Assembly (NCBI GenBank): GCA_030059675.1
Contig: JANVYQ010000001.1
Span: 256,001 to 320,000 of the forward strand
Length of the DNA: 64,000 nt
Direction: 5' to 3'
From: Candidatus Pelearchaeum maunauluense
GTDB taxonomy: Archaea; Thermoproteota; Nitrososphaeria_A; Caldarchaeales; Caldarchaeaceae
Made by a program: the position numbers and the translations under genes. Under the pieces are notes generated by a model. It ran no database searches and had not been told where the DNA came from. It was given only the letters and a program-made list of their open reading frames with translations. Below, piece by piece: positions 9,658 through 19,184 of the stretch (positions are counted from its first letter, which is position 1; every line of letters starts with the position of its first letter).

Positions 9658-10158
9658 TCTCTATCACCTCTCCAAACCTATAGTCTGGCTTCAAATCCCA
9701 ATACCAGCGCCTACCTACATGCACGCGCCTGGCACCAAGTTCCCGCAGTCTCTCGTTAAGTCTATCTAGGATTTTTCTGAAGAAGCCTCCCTTAACATAG
9801 AGTATTTTCGCGTCTTTAACCATGTCAAGGTAGAGCGGCCTTATTCTATTCGCTTCTTCTGGAGTTAGTAGCATCGGTGAGAAGTCGGTGTATATTCCCC
9901 TACTCCAGAGCTCGTCTAGAAGCTCCTTTACAGACCGCTCTGCCTGCATGAATAGTTCCTGCCTCCTTAGCCTACTTGATGGCAGGCCTTCAACAATTAC
10001 GAGCAAGTCCACGTCGCTGTCATCTCTCGCATCACCCCTAGCCACGCTGCCGCGTAGACGACGAGAGATACTAGGCGCTCACCGAAGAACTCTTTGAGAG
10101 CCCTGAGGAGCGCGTTGAGTAGTTCTTCGTATTCCTGCCGCAACTCTCTAATAGCCAT
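9650..10158 (-). pseudogene. Minimal nucleotidyltransferase (MNT) antitoxin, frameshifted
   Basis: MAIRELRQ..LVSLVVY from ATG 10158, then 2 extra nt (tac GC ggc agc) before GSVARGDARDDSDVDLL. Confidence 0.8.
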
Positions 10159-10215
10159 AGAGTAGCCTGGGTTAAAAGAACTCCCTCTTCAAGCTTTTAA
10201 GACTCTTGGTCTTTT

Positions 10216-11040
10216 GTGATTGGTATGGCGAGTGTGGTGGAGCTTAGGGAGAGGTTGTTGGCGATTGATTATGAGCACACTGCTGGGGCTATAGAGTCGT
10301 TTATCGCCGAGAAGGTTGGTGAGAGCGGCGCGCGTGGTGTTGTCGTGGGGCTTAGCGGTGGTGTTGATTCATCTGTTACAGCTACTCTATGCGTACGCGC
10401 ACTCGGTAGTGAGCGCGTTTTAGGCCTGGTTATGCCGACCAGCTTTACACCAAAGCAAGACGTTGAAGACGCTGAGTGGCTAGCTAGCTGGCTTGGAATT
10501 AGATGGCGGAAGATTATGATAGACCCGATAGTTGATGCCTTCGCCGCGCAGATGGGTAAGCATACCCAGAGCCAGGAGCTTAAGATACCCTTCGCAAACC
10601 TCCGCGCCCGTATAAGGATGGCGCTATTATATTTCCACGCCAACGAGGAGAATCTAATTGTGGTTGGTACTGGTGATAGGAGCGAGGCGCTCATAGGCTA
10701 TTATACGAAATACGGCGATGGGGGTGTTGACCTTCTCCCCATAGGTGGTTTGTATAAGTCTCAGGTTAGGCGGCTGGCGGTTCATCTTGGTATTCCTGAT
10801 AGGATAGCGTTTAAGCCCAGTAGCCCGCAGCTCTATCCTGGTCATAGGGCTGTTGATGAGATTCCGCTGGACTATGATTTGTTGGATGTTGTTCTTGCGT
10901 TGTTGTTTGATGAGCGCCGTGATGTGGGTGAGGTGAGCCGCGAGGCTGGGGTGCCCCGCGAGGTGGTTGAGCGTGTCTTGGTGATGCATAACAGGTCCCA
11001 GCATAAGCGGAGCATGCCTCCTATAGCGCCTATCTCCTAA
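10216..11040 (+). CDS. nadE: NH3-dependent NAD+ synthetase
   Basis: GLSGGVDS, NLRARIRM, GYYTKYGDGG and LYKSQV motifs. Confidence 0.95.
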   Translation: MIGMASVVELRERLLAIDYEHTAGAIESFIAEKVGESGARGVVVGLSGGVDSSVTATLCVRALGSERVLGLVMPTSFTPKQDVEDAEWLASWLGIRWRKIMIDPIVDAFAAQMGKHTQSQELKIPFANLRARIRMALLYFHANEENLIVVGTGDRSEALIGYYTKYGDGGVDLLPIGGLYKSQVRRLAVHLGIPDRIAFKPSSPQLYPGHRAVDEIPLDYDLLDVVLALLFDERRDVGEVSREAGVPREVVERVLVMHNRSQHKRSMPPIAPIS

Positions 11041-11080
11041 GCATCTCCCTATATATCAGGCCGACATCAGCTTCTAAGGC

Positions 11081-11455
11081 ATGTCCAAAGGCGCGGAGGA
11101 CTATATCAAGCGGATGTCTGACGCCCTCCGCTCAGGGGCTAGGATGCTCTCTGAGACCTGCCCCGTATGCAGTAGCCCGCTCTTCAGCCTAAGCGGGGAG
11201 CTATGGTGCCTAAAATGCAACCGCCGCGTAGTGAGGGTTCGGGAGGAGACAGAAGCAACAGCAGCGACAGTCCCCTACATACTCTCAAGCCTCAACAACA
11301 CCCTAACAGCCAAGATAGAGGAGCTCAACATCCTACTACAGCGCGAGGTAGACCCTGAGAAGATTCACAAGCTAACACAAACGCTTGACAGCCTCCTCAG
11401 GGTTCTCCGTGAGAGCCGCCGACTAGAGGCTGAGAGCAGGAAACAGGAGCAGTAG
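11081..11455 (+). CDS. UPF0148/SSSCA1-like Zn-ribbon protein
   Basis: LRSGARMLSETCPVCSSPLF..WCLKC. Confidence 0.85.
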   Translation: MSKGAEDYIKRMSDALRSGARMLSETCPVCSSPLFSLSGELWCLKCNRRVVRVREETEATAATVPYILSSLNNTLTAKIEELNILLQREVDPEKIHKLTQTLDSLLRVLRESRRLEAESRKQEQ

Positions 11456-11593
11456 CTTCACAGCCGTTTTGTGAATATCCTTTACAGTGAATAGACAATT
11501 ATGTAGTGATGGGATACGCTAATGATATAGAATAATATCTATTGATATTCTAGAGTTAATACTCTTGTATCATGTGAAGCCCTTATAATTATT

Positions 11594-11615
11594 CTCCATC
11601 CGTTTCGGCTGGAAC
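11594..11615 (-). promoter_or_regulatory. Degenerate ORB (mini-ORB)
   Basis: Reverse complement reads GTTCCAGCCGAAACGGATGGAG. Confidence 0.55.
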
Positions 11616-11787
11616 CCTAGTAGCCAATAATTGAGTATTATGGTAAAAATTTTCTCATCTAAGCTCATTTCTTGAACAAGAATAAGCTGTACGGTATCTC
11701 TCCATAACTAGCTCCTGCTTCTCGTGAAGATTCACAGAGCATCTACAGCCTGTGGAGCACTTTCTCCACATTTCTACCCTTTTGCTG

Positions 11788-11810
11788 GTTCCATAGGAAA
11801 TGAAGGGGTC
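11788..11810 (+). promoter_or_regulatory. Origin recognition box (ORB)
   Basis: GTTCCATAGGAAATGAAGGGGTC fits the archaeal ORB pattern TCCA-N2-GGAAA plus G-string. Confidence 0.88.
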
Positions 11811-11963
11811 GTTATGGCTGTCTCAACAGGTGAAGAAGTCATATAGCCCAGCCTCAACTCACGCTGGGCTGAATAGCTTACTTTCCTGTCTGGCTGGCCG
11901 TTTGCTGGTCTTATATTGCTGGCCTTCATCTCCCATGGCCAAAACACCAAACAAGCCACCGCC

Positions 11964-11985
11964 ACCCCAACATTTCCTATGGAAC
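11964..11985 (-). promoter_or_regulatory. Origin recognition box (ORB), inverted partner
   Basis: Reverse complement reads GTTCCATAGGAAATGTTGGGGT; first 15 nt identical to the 11788 box. Confidence 0.88.
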
Positions 11986-12104
11986 GCCAATCAACAAACA
12001 ACAGCCAAAAACCAGAATAAATGAAAATACATTTGACAACTTGATACAATTTTCTATTCTTTTAGTCTTAAGTCTTCTATGGATTACGAAGCTATGGAGC
12101 ATAC

Positions 12105-13406
12105 TTGTCGTCAAGAGATAAGATAAGAAACGTTGCTCATCAGGAGCTGTCTCAATTACAGTGGAAAGCTGGGGGTGGGGATCCTCTTGGTGATATTTTG
12201 GCTAGGCTGGAGTCTGGTCGGCGGATTATTTTGAGCCGTGATGTTCTGAGGGCTGATTATCTTCCAGAATCTTTGCCGCACCGCTGGGAGCATATACGTA
12301 GGATGGGTGAGGTTTTGGCGCCCTGCCTCATCGGCGGAAGGCCGTCAAACCTGTTCATCTATGGGAAGACGGGGACTGGCAAGACTGCGGTGGCCAAGCA
12401 TGTTTTGAAGCGGTTCTCTGCAGAAGCTTCCCACCGCGATGCGAGGGCGAGGTTTGTCTATGTGAATTGCCGTATTGCTGGGACGGAGTATCGTGTTTTG
12501 GCCGAGATATGCGCCAGCCTAGATGTTAGGATTCCCTTTACGGGGCTCTCTAAGGCTGAGGTCTGCAGCAGGATGAGGAACGGACTCAACAGGCTGGGCG
12601 GCATGCTGGTAATATGCTTGGACGAGGTTGATGTGCTGGTGAAGAGCTTTGGCGACGGGCTTCTCTACGAGCTGACGCGAAGCAATGACCAGGGCTCTTC
12701 GGGGCATGTGGCCATTATCGGGATTTCAAACGACCTGATGTTTAAGGAGCAGCTTGACCCGCGTGTGTTGAGTAGCCTTAGTGAGGAGGAGCTGGTCTTT
12801 CACCCCTATACCGCTAATGAGCTCGCTGATATACTGAGGGAGCGCGCTGGTATGTCGCTTAGTGAGGGCTCTTATGATGAGAGCGTGATTAGGCTCTGTG
12901 CTGCTCTAGCTGCTGCCGAGCATGGTGATGCGCGTAGAGCTCTTGACCTTCTCCGCGTGGCTGCCGAGGTTGCTGAGCGCGAGGGGGCTGAGCGGATAGA
13001 AGAGAGACACGTCAGGGCTGCCCAAGGCCTTATTGAGCGCGGCCGCGTCTATGAAGCATTATCATCGCTCCCGCTGCATAGCAGGATAGTCCTCCTAGCC
13101 GTGTTGGTGGCGAGTAGGGAGGTGGGTAATGGGATTGCAACCTCCGGAGCGATATACTCAACTTATAAGGCTCTCTGCGTTGAGGCTGGTGTTGAGCCGC
13201 TCACAGACAGGAGAGTGAGCACGCTCATCTCGGAGCTTGATATGCTGGGTGTTGTGAGCTGCGACCTCGTGAGCTTCGGTAGGCATGGGCGGACTAGGAG
13301 GATAAAGCTGGCTATAAACAGCGACGAGGTTATGAGCGTGTTTGAGCGCGATGAGCTCCTATCCCCACTAGCCTCTAAAATACTGAGGAACGCTCCCCAG
13401 AACTAG
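12105..13406 (+). CDS. cdc6: Orc1/Cdc6 replication initiator
   Basis: YLPESLPHR, Walker A GKTGTGKT, Walker B LDEVD, HGDARRALDLLR, C-terminal wHTH (GRHGRTR); start uncertain. Confidence 0.96.
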   Translation: MSSRDKIRNVAHQELSQLQWKAGGGDPLGDILARLESGRRIILSRDVLRADYLPESLPHRWEHIRRMGEVLAPCLIGGRPSNLFIYGKTGTGKTAVAKHVLKRFSAEASHRDARARFVYVNCRIAGTEYRVLAEICASLDVRIPFTGLSKAEVCSRMRNGLNRLGGMLVICLDEVDVLVKSFGDGLLYELTRSNDQGSSGHVAIIGISNDLMFKEQLDPRVLSSLSEEELVFHPYTANELADILRERAGMSLSEGSYDESVIRLCAALAAAEHGDARRALDLLRVAAEVAEREGAERIEERHVRAAQGLIERGRVYEALSSLPLHSRIVLLAVLVASREVGNGIATSGAIYSTYKALCVEAGVEPLTDRRVSTLISELDMLGVVSCDLVSFGRHGRTRRIKLAINSDEVMSVFERDELLSPLASKILRNAPQN

Positions 13407-14059
13407 GTGAGCGTCGAGCGCGCTAGCTTATCAGCCTCGCGGAGAGGCTCTGGATACTCATAGTTAAAAACAGCAACCAACGCTGGTACGTCTTCAAGCC
13501 TAACACCATAGCCAGGGCTTATGTAGTAGCTCTTTCCAGAGCGGGGCTTGACGGCATAGCCCACAGTCTTGTTGTTTAGTATTATGGGCGCCATACTGTC
13601 AGTGAATTCACCCGCAACGCCAGCCAGTAGTTTCTTCGCTATCCCTACTGTTGGTTTTCTGAGAGCCGCGCCTAGGAAGGTGGCCATACCAGCCTCGCGG
13701 GGATGCGCTCTCCCGTGAGCATCCACTAGCAAGACATCCCAGGAGGAGCTAAGTAGCTCAACCGCCGCGAAGAGCGCTGGGGCTTCGCGGAGAAAGAGTA
13801 GGCCTGGAACATAGGGGAAGGGAGGCTCACAGAGGTAGGTTCTACCCTCCAACACGCGGCGCTCTCCAACGCTCCACACAACCGCAGCGCCAGCCATGAC
13901 GTCATCGCCATAAGCAGCATCAACCGCGCATACACGCCTCACATGGCCTAGAGGCGCGTCATAGCCGCGCACAGCATCACTAACCCAGCTCTGAAGCTCC
14001 TCAAAAAACCTCAAAACCTCACGCGCGCACATGTAGCAATAAGAAGAGAACATAGTCAT
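13403..14059 (-). CDS. nfi: Endonuclease V
   Basis: VDAAY, PYVPGLLFLRE, LVDAHGRAHPR, GIAK and YISPG; start may be a little downstream. Confidence 0.9.
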   Translation of the reverse strand: MTMFSSYCYMCAREVLRFFEELQSWVSDAVRGYDAPLGHVRRVCAVDAAYGDDVMAGAAVVWSVGERRVLEGRTYLCEPPFPYVPGLLFLREAPALFAAVELLSSSWDVLLVDAHGRAHPREAGMATFLGAALRKPTVGIAKKLLAGVAGEFTDSMAPIILNNKTVGYAVKPRSGKSYYISPGYGVRLEDVPALVAVFNYEYPEPLREADKLARSTLT

Positions 14060-14082
14060 AGAATAAACTATCTACCAACGCC

Positions 14083-14568
14083 TCATAGCAGGTGGAGGTC
14101 GTCGCTGGATAACATGCCGACAAGCTTGGAGACGCGAGGAAGCCTGCACCCGAGCCTCCTGTGCCGCGATACTACTATAGGCCCGCGCACAGCGCGCACA
14201 AGCTCACCTAACGCTCTCTCAGCTTCCAAGTGGTGTATAACGGTGAACATGAATGCCTGGTCTAGGGTTTTGTCTCTTATGGGTAGGTGGTGTATGTCGG
14301 CTTGGATTAGGTGCGCCTCCCCGCGTAGTTTTGGGAGTGCTTGCCGTAGCATCCCAGCGGACTTGTCTATCCCTATGTACGCCTCGTATGGTATGTTGTT
14401 GGAGTGTAGGTATTCTAGGAGTAGTGCTGTTCCACACCCAGCGTCTAGAACCTTTCCGAGGCATGTGATTCGGAGAAGCCTGAAACACTCGCGGTATTTC
14501 TCCATCTGCTCCTGCCCGTATAGCTCGTCATAGCCAGGGCTGAGGGCGTCGTAGTCCAGCGAGGCCAT
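14083..14568 (-). CDS. Class I SAM-dependent methyltransferase
   Basis: YDELYGQEQ and VLDAGCGT motif I. Confidence 0.8.
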   Translation of the reverse strand: MASLDYDALSPGYDELYGQEQMEKYRECFRLLRITCLGKVLDAGCGTALLLEYLHSNNIPYEAYIGIDKSAGMLRQALPKLRGEAHLIQADIHHLPIRDKTLDQAFMFTVIHHLEAERALGELVRAVRGPIVVSRHRRLGCRLPRVSKLVGMLSSDDLHLL

Positions 14569-14661
14569 GACAGCCCGCAGACCCCAGGCATGAGAGAGGC
14601 CTGGTAGATAATTAAATTCACCCAATCACGCGGCTTATGTTAAGGGAGGCTTCCCAGCCCC

Positions 14662-15264
14662 TTGCCCCGCGTTGTTGGAATAGACCTGGCAGGCTCCCCC
14701 AGGAGACCAACAGGCTACTGCGCCGTTTGGGGCGAGCCTATACGCTGCGAGGCTGGCGTGGTCTATCAAGACAGGGAAATCATAGACCTCATTACACGCT
14801 TCTCCCCTGATGTAGTAGCGATAGACGCGCCTCTCACACTACCGCGCGGTAGGAAGAGCCTAGACCGCCGCGAGCGCGCTCACTTTAGGGAATGCGACCT
14901 AGAGCTGCGTAGGCGTGGGATAAGGTTCTTCCCGATAACCCTAGGCCCCATGCGCAGCCTGACGCGGCGCGGAATCACGCTGCGCGGCCTGCTGGTGGAG
15001 AGGGGCCTCAACGTGATAGAGGTCTATCCAGGTGGCGCGCAGGACGTTCTCGGCCTTCCGAGAAAGCATCGCGACATTCGCGGCCTGCTCGCTGGTCTGA
15101 GGAGGATGGGGTTTAGATGCCTCAAGAGAGACGCCTCAGGAGACGAGGCCGACGCCGCTACATGCGCGCTAGTCGGACTACTATACCTCCGCAACAGCTA
15201 CGAAGCGCTAGGAGACGTGGAAGAGGGAGTGATAATAATGCCTAGGAGAGAGTCTGGGCTATAG
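14662..15264 (+). CDS. DUF429 family protein (RNase H-like fold)
   Basis: VGIDLAG, VAIDAPL, RECDLEL and IEVYPG. Confidence 0.85.
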   Translation: MPRVVGIDLAGSPRRPTGYCAVWGEPIRCEAGVVYQDREIIDLITRFSPDVVAIDAPLTLPRGRKSLDRRERAHFRECDLELRRRGIRFFPITLGPMRSLTRRGITLRGLLVERGLNVIEVYPGGAQDVLGLPRKHRDIRGLLAGLRRMGFRCLKRDASGDEADAATCALVGLLYLRNSYEALGDVEEGVIIMPRRESGL

Positions 15265-15790
15265 ATACCTGCTCGCTACTATGCTCCCCACAGCTATACA
15301 CGCCAGCGTGTATAGTATCATGTAGCCCGCGTGTATCTGGAGGGGACTTGGGCTGCTTATCCCAAGGAGGAAGTAGCGCGAGAGCGATGTTGAGTGCGTG
15401 AGGGGGTTTAGAGATGCCGCCAGCTTCAGCCAATCTGGCATCTGCCGCAGGGGGAAGATAGCATTACTGGTGAAGAGCAGCGGTAGATTAACCAAGTTGG
15501 CTACTGAGATAACTAGGTCGTGGCTGGTTATCCTGATCGCTATAGCCGTGAATATAGCCGCGAGCGCCAGTATGAGCGAGGCCATCACAACATAAACTGC
15601 CAGTATATCCAGTATTGTTATCCCCTGCCTGGGTGTGAAGCCCACGACAAAGACGAAGAGGAGCATGAAGCTGAACTGGAGCAATCCTTTCGCGAGTGTT
15701 GAGAGGGCTTTAGCCAGGCAGATGCTCACACGCGGTATAGGCGCTGCGCGCATACGCTCAAGATAGCCTAGACGCTATCCACCCACTTAA
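15259..15790 (-). pseudogene. ABC-2 type permease, N-terminally truncated
   Basis: GYLERMRAAPIPR..LPLLFTSNAIFP..MPDWL..NPLT; first helices missing and no ATPase gene adjacent. Confidence 0.65.
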
Positions 15791-15819
15791 AGCTCCTACC
15801 GGCAAATATGTATGTGTGT

Positions 15820-17133
15820 TTAGGAGGCGGCTATCTCCAGCTCCTCAACAGACCTGCCCGCGCTCTCAACTCCCCTCACACGCCACGCTAGGGCTGCGAG
15901 GAGGCCAGCGAGCCATATAACAGAGGCTAACAGCAGGAATGTATGAGCTGCTATCTGTGCCTCGTACAACGCCACCAGAGCTCCCGAAACGCCTGTGAGG
16001 CTTGTTAGGAAGCCCACGAGGGATGCTCTGACGCCTGTGGGGAACAGCTCGCTCTGCATGGTGCTGAGCGACGCCCACGCCCATTCGGAGAAGATGAGAG
16101 TTATGAAGAGCGCCGTGTAGAATGCTGCCGCTATCGCCGCTGTGTGAGCCAGCATAACCGCGAGTGAGCCTGCAAAGCCTCCCGCAAACGCCAGGAGAAC
16201 TGCGAGCCGCCTAGCGCGGTCTATCAACGGTATGAGCAGAAAAGCACCAATCGAAGCGCCTAGATTGGCCGTGAATATAACCAGCGGCGCCGACTCAACA
16301 CCAAAAGCAAAGCCAGAAGCATAGGGAGCATAATAGGCCATCATACCATAGGTAACGTACTGCGCTACCGTTATCACGGCTAGGATGATGAGTCTAAACC
16401 AATACCTAGCTATCGCCTCGCCTAGGCTTACTTCGCGCGCTGCAGCTGTGGGGAGCCTCGCCTCGCCTATGGCTCCAGCGACACGCTCAACTATCCTCAC
16501 CGCCTCACTCTCCCTGCCCTTGAGGAGAAGCCACCTGGGAGACTCTGGAAACCCCACCCTAGTCAAGCCCACAACCACCAGCGTCCCAAGAGCAGAGGCA
16601 AGCAGATACTCAACCTGTATGAACGCATCCTCGTATATCGCCGCAAAGACAAGAGCCAAGCCAGCAATCATAGCGGCACCAACATTCCAGAAGTTGGTAG
16701 CCAGCATCAACGCCTTACCGCGATGGTGCTTCGGAGAAAACTCCGCAATAGCAGAATACGCGGCGCCAAACTCACCCCCAATACCGAACGTCATAAGCGA
16801 GGTGAGCACAGCGAGGGCTATGGTGTTGGTGTATAGGAAGAAGAGGAGAGTGAGAGCCGCAACCTCTATCACCAACGCGGCGGTGAACATAGGCCTCCTA
16901 CCAACCCTATCAGCGAGCATACCAAGAACTATAGCGCCGAGAGTCTCCGCGAGCAGGTTAGCCGCGAATATGACTGGATAGTATTCTGGTGATATTATGA
17001 ACACTACAAGCGGCGCTATTGAGAACATCACGCCATCAAGCAGGTAGGTTAGCGAGACTATGGAGAAGAGCCTCCAGTGGCCGCCGCGCCATGCCGCGTG
17101 GTCTAGAGCCTCCACGATGCTCTGGCTACTCAT
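15820..17133 (-). CDS. MFS transporter (sugar porter/aromatic acid-like)
   Basis: LADRVGRR, GIGGE, AEFSPK..RG, PESPRWL and SELFPTGVR. Confidence 0.9.
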   Translation of the reverse strand: MSSQSIVEALDHAAWRGGHWRLFSIVSLTYLLDGVMFSIAPLVVFIISPEYYPVIFAANLLAETLGAIVLGMLADRVGRRPMFTAALVIEVAALTLLFFLYTNTIALAVLTSLMTFGIGGEFGAAYSAIAEFSPKHHRGKALMLATNFWNVGAAMIAGLALVFAAIYEDAFIQVEYLLASALGTLVVVGLTRVGFPESPRWLLLKGRESEAVRIVERVAGAIGEARLPTAAAREVSLGEAIARYWFRLIILAVITVAQYVTYGMMAYYAPYASGFAFGVESAPLVIFTANLGASIGAFLLIPLIDRARRLAVLLAFAGGFAGSLAVMLAHTAAIAAAFYTALFITLIFSEWAWASLSTMQSELFPTGVRASLVGFLTSLTGVSGALVALYEAQIAAHTFLLLASVIWLAGLLAALAWRVRGVESAGRSVEELEIAAS

Positions 17134-17199
17134 AACCCTTGGAAGTCTGCGCCACTAGGATTACCTTATAAACCATGTTATAACCAGCTTATAGAAGTC

Positions 17200-17988
17200 C
17201 TAAGCTAAAAGAGAAGGAGGCTGAGTAATGTCCTCAGTAGCCCTAACAACCCAAACACTCTCACGCCTAGCCCTCTCCACAAGCTCAGGCATAGCCAGAG
17301 AGCAGTAAACCAGCAACAGGCGCCTAGGTCTGAGATAAGCTGGATACCTCTCCTCTAGTATGTGGAGCTTGGAATAGAGCTCGTCAAGGACGCCTACGCC
17401 AGCCCTTACAGAGGTCTCACCCACAACACAGAGGTCGTCGGAAACCCCGTAAATATCCACCTCAAGGTCAGGAAGCTGAAGCCGCCCCAGCTCAACATTA
17501 ACACCCATCTCACGAAGCCTATGCCTCACAACAGACCTACCCTCATCCTCAATATCAAGAGTAAGCTTCTCAAGAGTTCTCTCAACCCTACCAAGCCTAA
17601 CATCCATACGGCTAAAATCAAGCCGCAACAGCCTCATCTCCTCCAAAATCTTAATTTGCTCACCACGCAAACTTCTCATCTCCTCCAAAATCTTAATTTG
17701 CTCACCACGCAAACTTCTCATCTCCTCCCATACCTTAGCCTGCTCTTCGCGAAGTCTCTCAATCTCCTTCCATATTTTGGTCTGCTCTTCTCTGAATTTC
17801 CTTATCTCCTCCCATGTTTTTTCAATTTCCTTCCATATTCTTCCCTGTTCTTTGCGTAGCTCTTTCTGCTCTTCTGCTATGCTGTCAAGTCTCTTTAGAA
17901 CATCGGCTATCCCTAGGTAGCCTAGGACTGTGTATCTGAATTCTTCGTCTTCCTTGAGTAGTTTTAGGAATTCTCCGCGTATCCCCAA
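17200..17988 (-). CDS. Archaeal coiled-coil protein with C-terminal PD-(D/E)XK-like domain
   Basis: LLKEDEEFRY N-terminus, heptad repeats, EVDIYG..VVGE. Confidence 0.75.
   Translation of the reverse strand: MGIRGEFLKLLKEDEEFRYTVLGYLGIADVLKRLDSIAEEQKELRKEQGRIWKEIEKTWEEIRKFREEQTKIWKEIERLREEQAKVWEEMRSLRGEQIKILEEMRSLRGEQIKILEEMRLLRLDFSRMDVRLGRVERTLEKLTLDIEDEGRSVVRHRLREMGVNVELGRLQLPDLEVDIYGVSDDLCVVGETSVRAGVGVLDELYSKLHILEERYPAYLRPRRLLLVYCSLAMPELVERARRESVWVVRATEDITQPPSLLA
17633..17728. repeat. 42-bp perfect tandem repeat (~2.3 copies) within coiled-coil gene
   Basis: Unit ctcatctcctccaaaatcttaatttgctcaccacgcaaactt; encodes EEMRSLRGEQIKIL twice. Confidence 0.9.
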
Positions 17989-18041
17989 AGCCTGTATATA
18001 GCTTGCTTTGTGTTGGATTTAAGATGCGCGGCTCCTCTTTC

Positions 18042-18716
18042 TTATGGTTTAAATGGCCATTCCTCGTGCTTGTATGCGGCGTCCCAGAACAGGTATTCGT
18101 ATATTGTGGATGTTCTGAAGTGCCGCTTCATGGCTTTCTTCTCTTCTTCGCCAACCTTGGTGTATGTCTCCTCGGTTAGCCTTATGACGCGCTCAACTGC
18201 GCGTGCGTACTCTTTTGAGGAGTATGTGTCTATCCACCTCCTATACGCCTCGTTGGGTGAGCCATGTTCTAGGAGATGCTTACCAACCTCCCAGTAAACC
18301 CAGAAGCAGGGTAGTATCGCCGCAATCCCCTCGTGGAATGGTCTGGAATATGCTACTGCTGTAAGGTAGTTTGTGTATGCTGTGTCGGTCATGTTCATGG
18401 GTGTGTCGTATATCTTCTCTAGGTTCATGCCCCACTCTGATAGTAGGAACTCGTGGAGTGATGCGCGCTCTACTGTGAGAGCATCGAGGGCGCTTGTGAG
18501 GAGTATGGTGGCCGAGTCGTCGTCGGGAGCCTTAACCCCTACTAGAGCAACAGCCCGCGCAAACTGGCTCAGATACAACGCGTCTTGGATTACGTAGTCC
18601 TTGAAGGTTTCCATGGGTAGTGCGCCTGAGACGAGTCCCTGTATGAATGGATGCTCCAGTATGCCTTCATAAACATCGCTTATTAGCCTCCAAAGCTCCT
18701 CGCGTGGTTTGACCAT
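18042..18716 (-). CDS. tenA: Thiaminase II / TenA
   Basis: HPFIQGL, YVIQDALYL, LPCFWVY (catalytic Cys), WIDTY and EYLFWD. Confidence 0.92.
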   Translation of the reverse strand: MVKPREELWRLISDVYEGILEHPFIQGLVSGALPMETFKDYVIQDALYLSQFARAVALVGVKAPDDDSATILLTSALDALTVERASLHEFLLSEWGMNLEKIYDTPMNMTDTAYTNYLTAVAYSRPFHEGIAAILPCFWVYWEVGKHLLEHGSPNEAYRRWIDTYSSKEYARAVERVIRLTEETYTKVGEEEKKAMKRHFRTSTIYEYLFWDAAYKHEEWPFKP

Positions 18717-18791
18717 GCTATAGTAGGTTGGAGTATCTCTAGATAAAACCTGCTGAGCGACGCGCAGACTGGAATATGTTGCTTGGCTGCT

Positions 18792-19109
18792 TTAGGGAGA
18801 TATTCTCCTGATGGCGAATGCCAGGTCCATCGGTATATCCTCGCTAAGCAGCCTGCTCAACTCAACAAGTATATCATGTACAAGAATGCGCGAGCCTGCG
18901 CCAAACAGATTCTCCAAAGCCTCTATGAACGCTTCAGGCTTCTTCACTATATCCTCCCGTTGTATCTGGTAGCTGTTCTCCAGGTGCCAGTAGATTATTC
19001 TCTTCGCATTCTCGCCTAGCCTGCCGAAGGCGCTGTCTACGGCGTTTAGCATCACAGCCTGCCCTGCTGAGGCTTCCATCATGTCCTCCCAATGATATCC
19101 CCGATTCAA
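18792..19109 (-). CDS. Small hypothetical protein (DUF3227-like)
   Basis: AVDSAFGRLGENAKRIIYWHLE..KPEAFIEALENLFGAG pattern. Confidence 0.6.
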   Translation of the reverse strand: MNRGYHWEDMMEASAGQAVMLNAVDSAFGRLGENAKRIIYWHLENSYQIQREDIVKKPEAFIEALENLFGAGSRILVHDILVELSRLLSEDIPMDLAFAIRRISP

Positions 19110-19184
19110 GCCTATTCTAATTGATATTTCACAATAATATATATGTATAAGGCAGGTAAACCATATTAAAGATGGAAAACGGCG

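Larger units (their letters stand above)
11456..12180. other. Probable replication origin (oriC) next to cdc6
   Basis: ~650 bp non-coding region with an inverted ORB pair, extra ORB-like boxes and AT-rich tracts, directly upstream of cdc6. Confidence 0.85.

Noticed and set aside
11774-12049. Short ORFs on both strands upstream of cdc6
   Set aside because: They overlap the ORB elements and have no protein-like features; the region is better explained as an origin.
17633-17728. Possible CRISPR array
   Set aside because: Repeats are contiguous with no spacers and lie in frame within a CDS; no cas genes or arrays were seen in the window.
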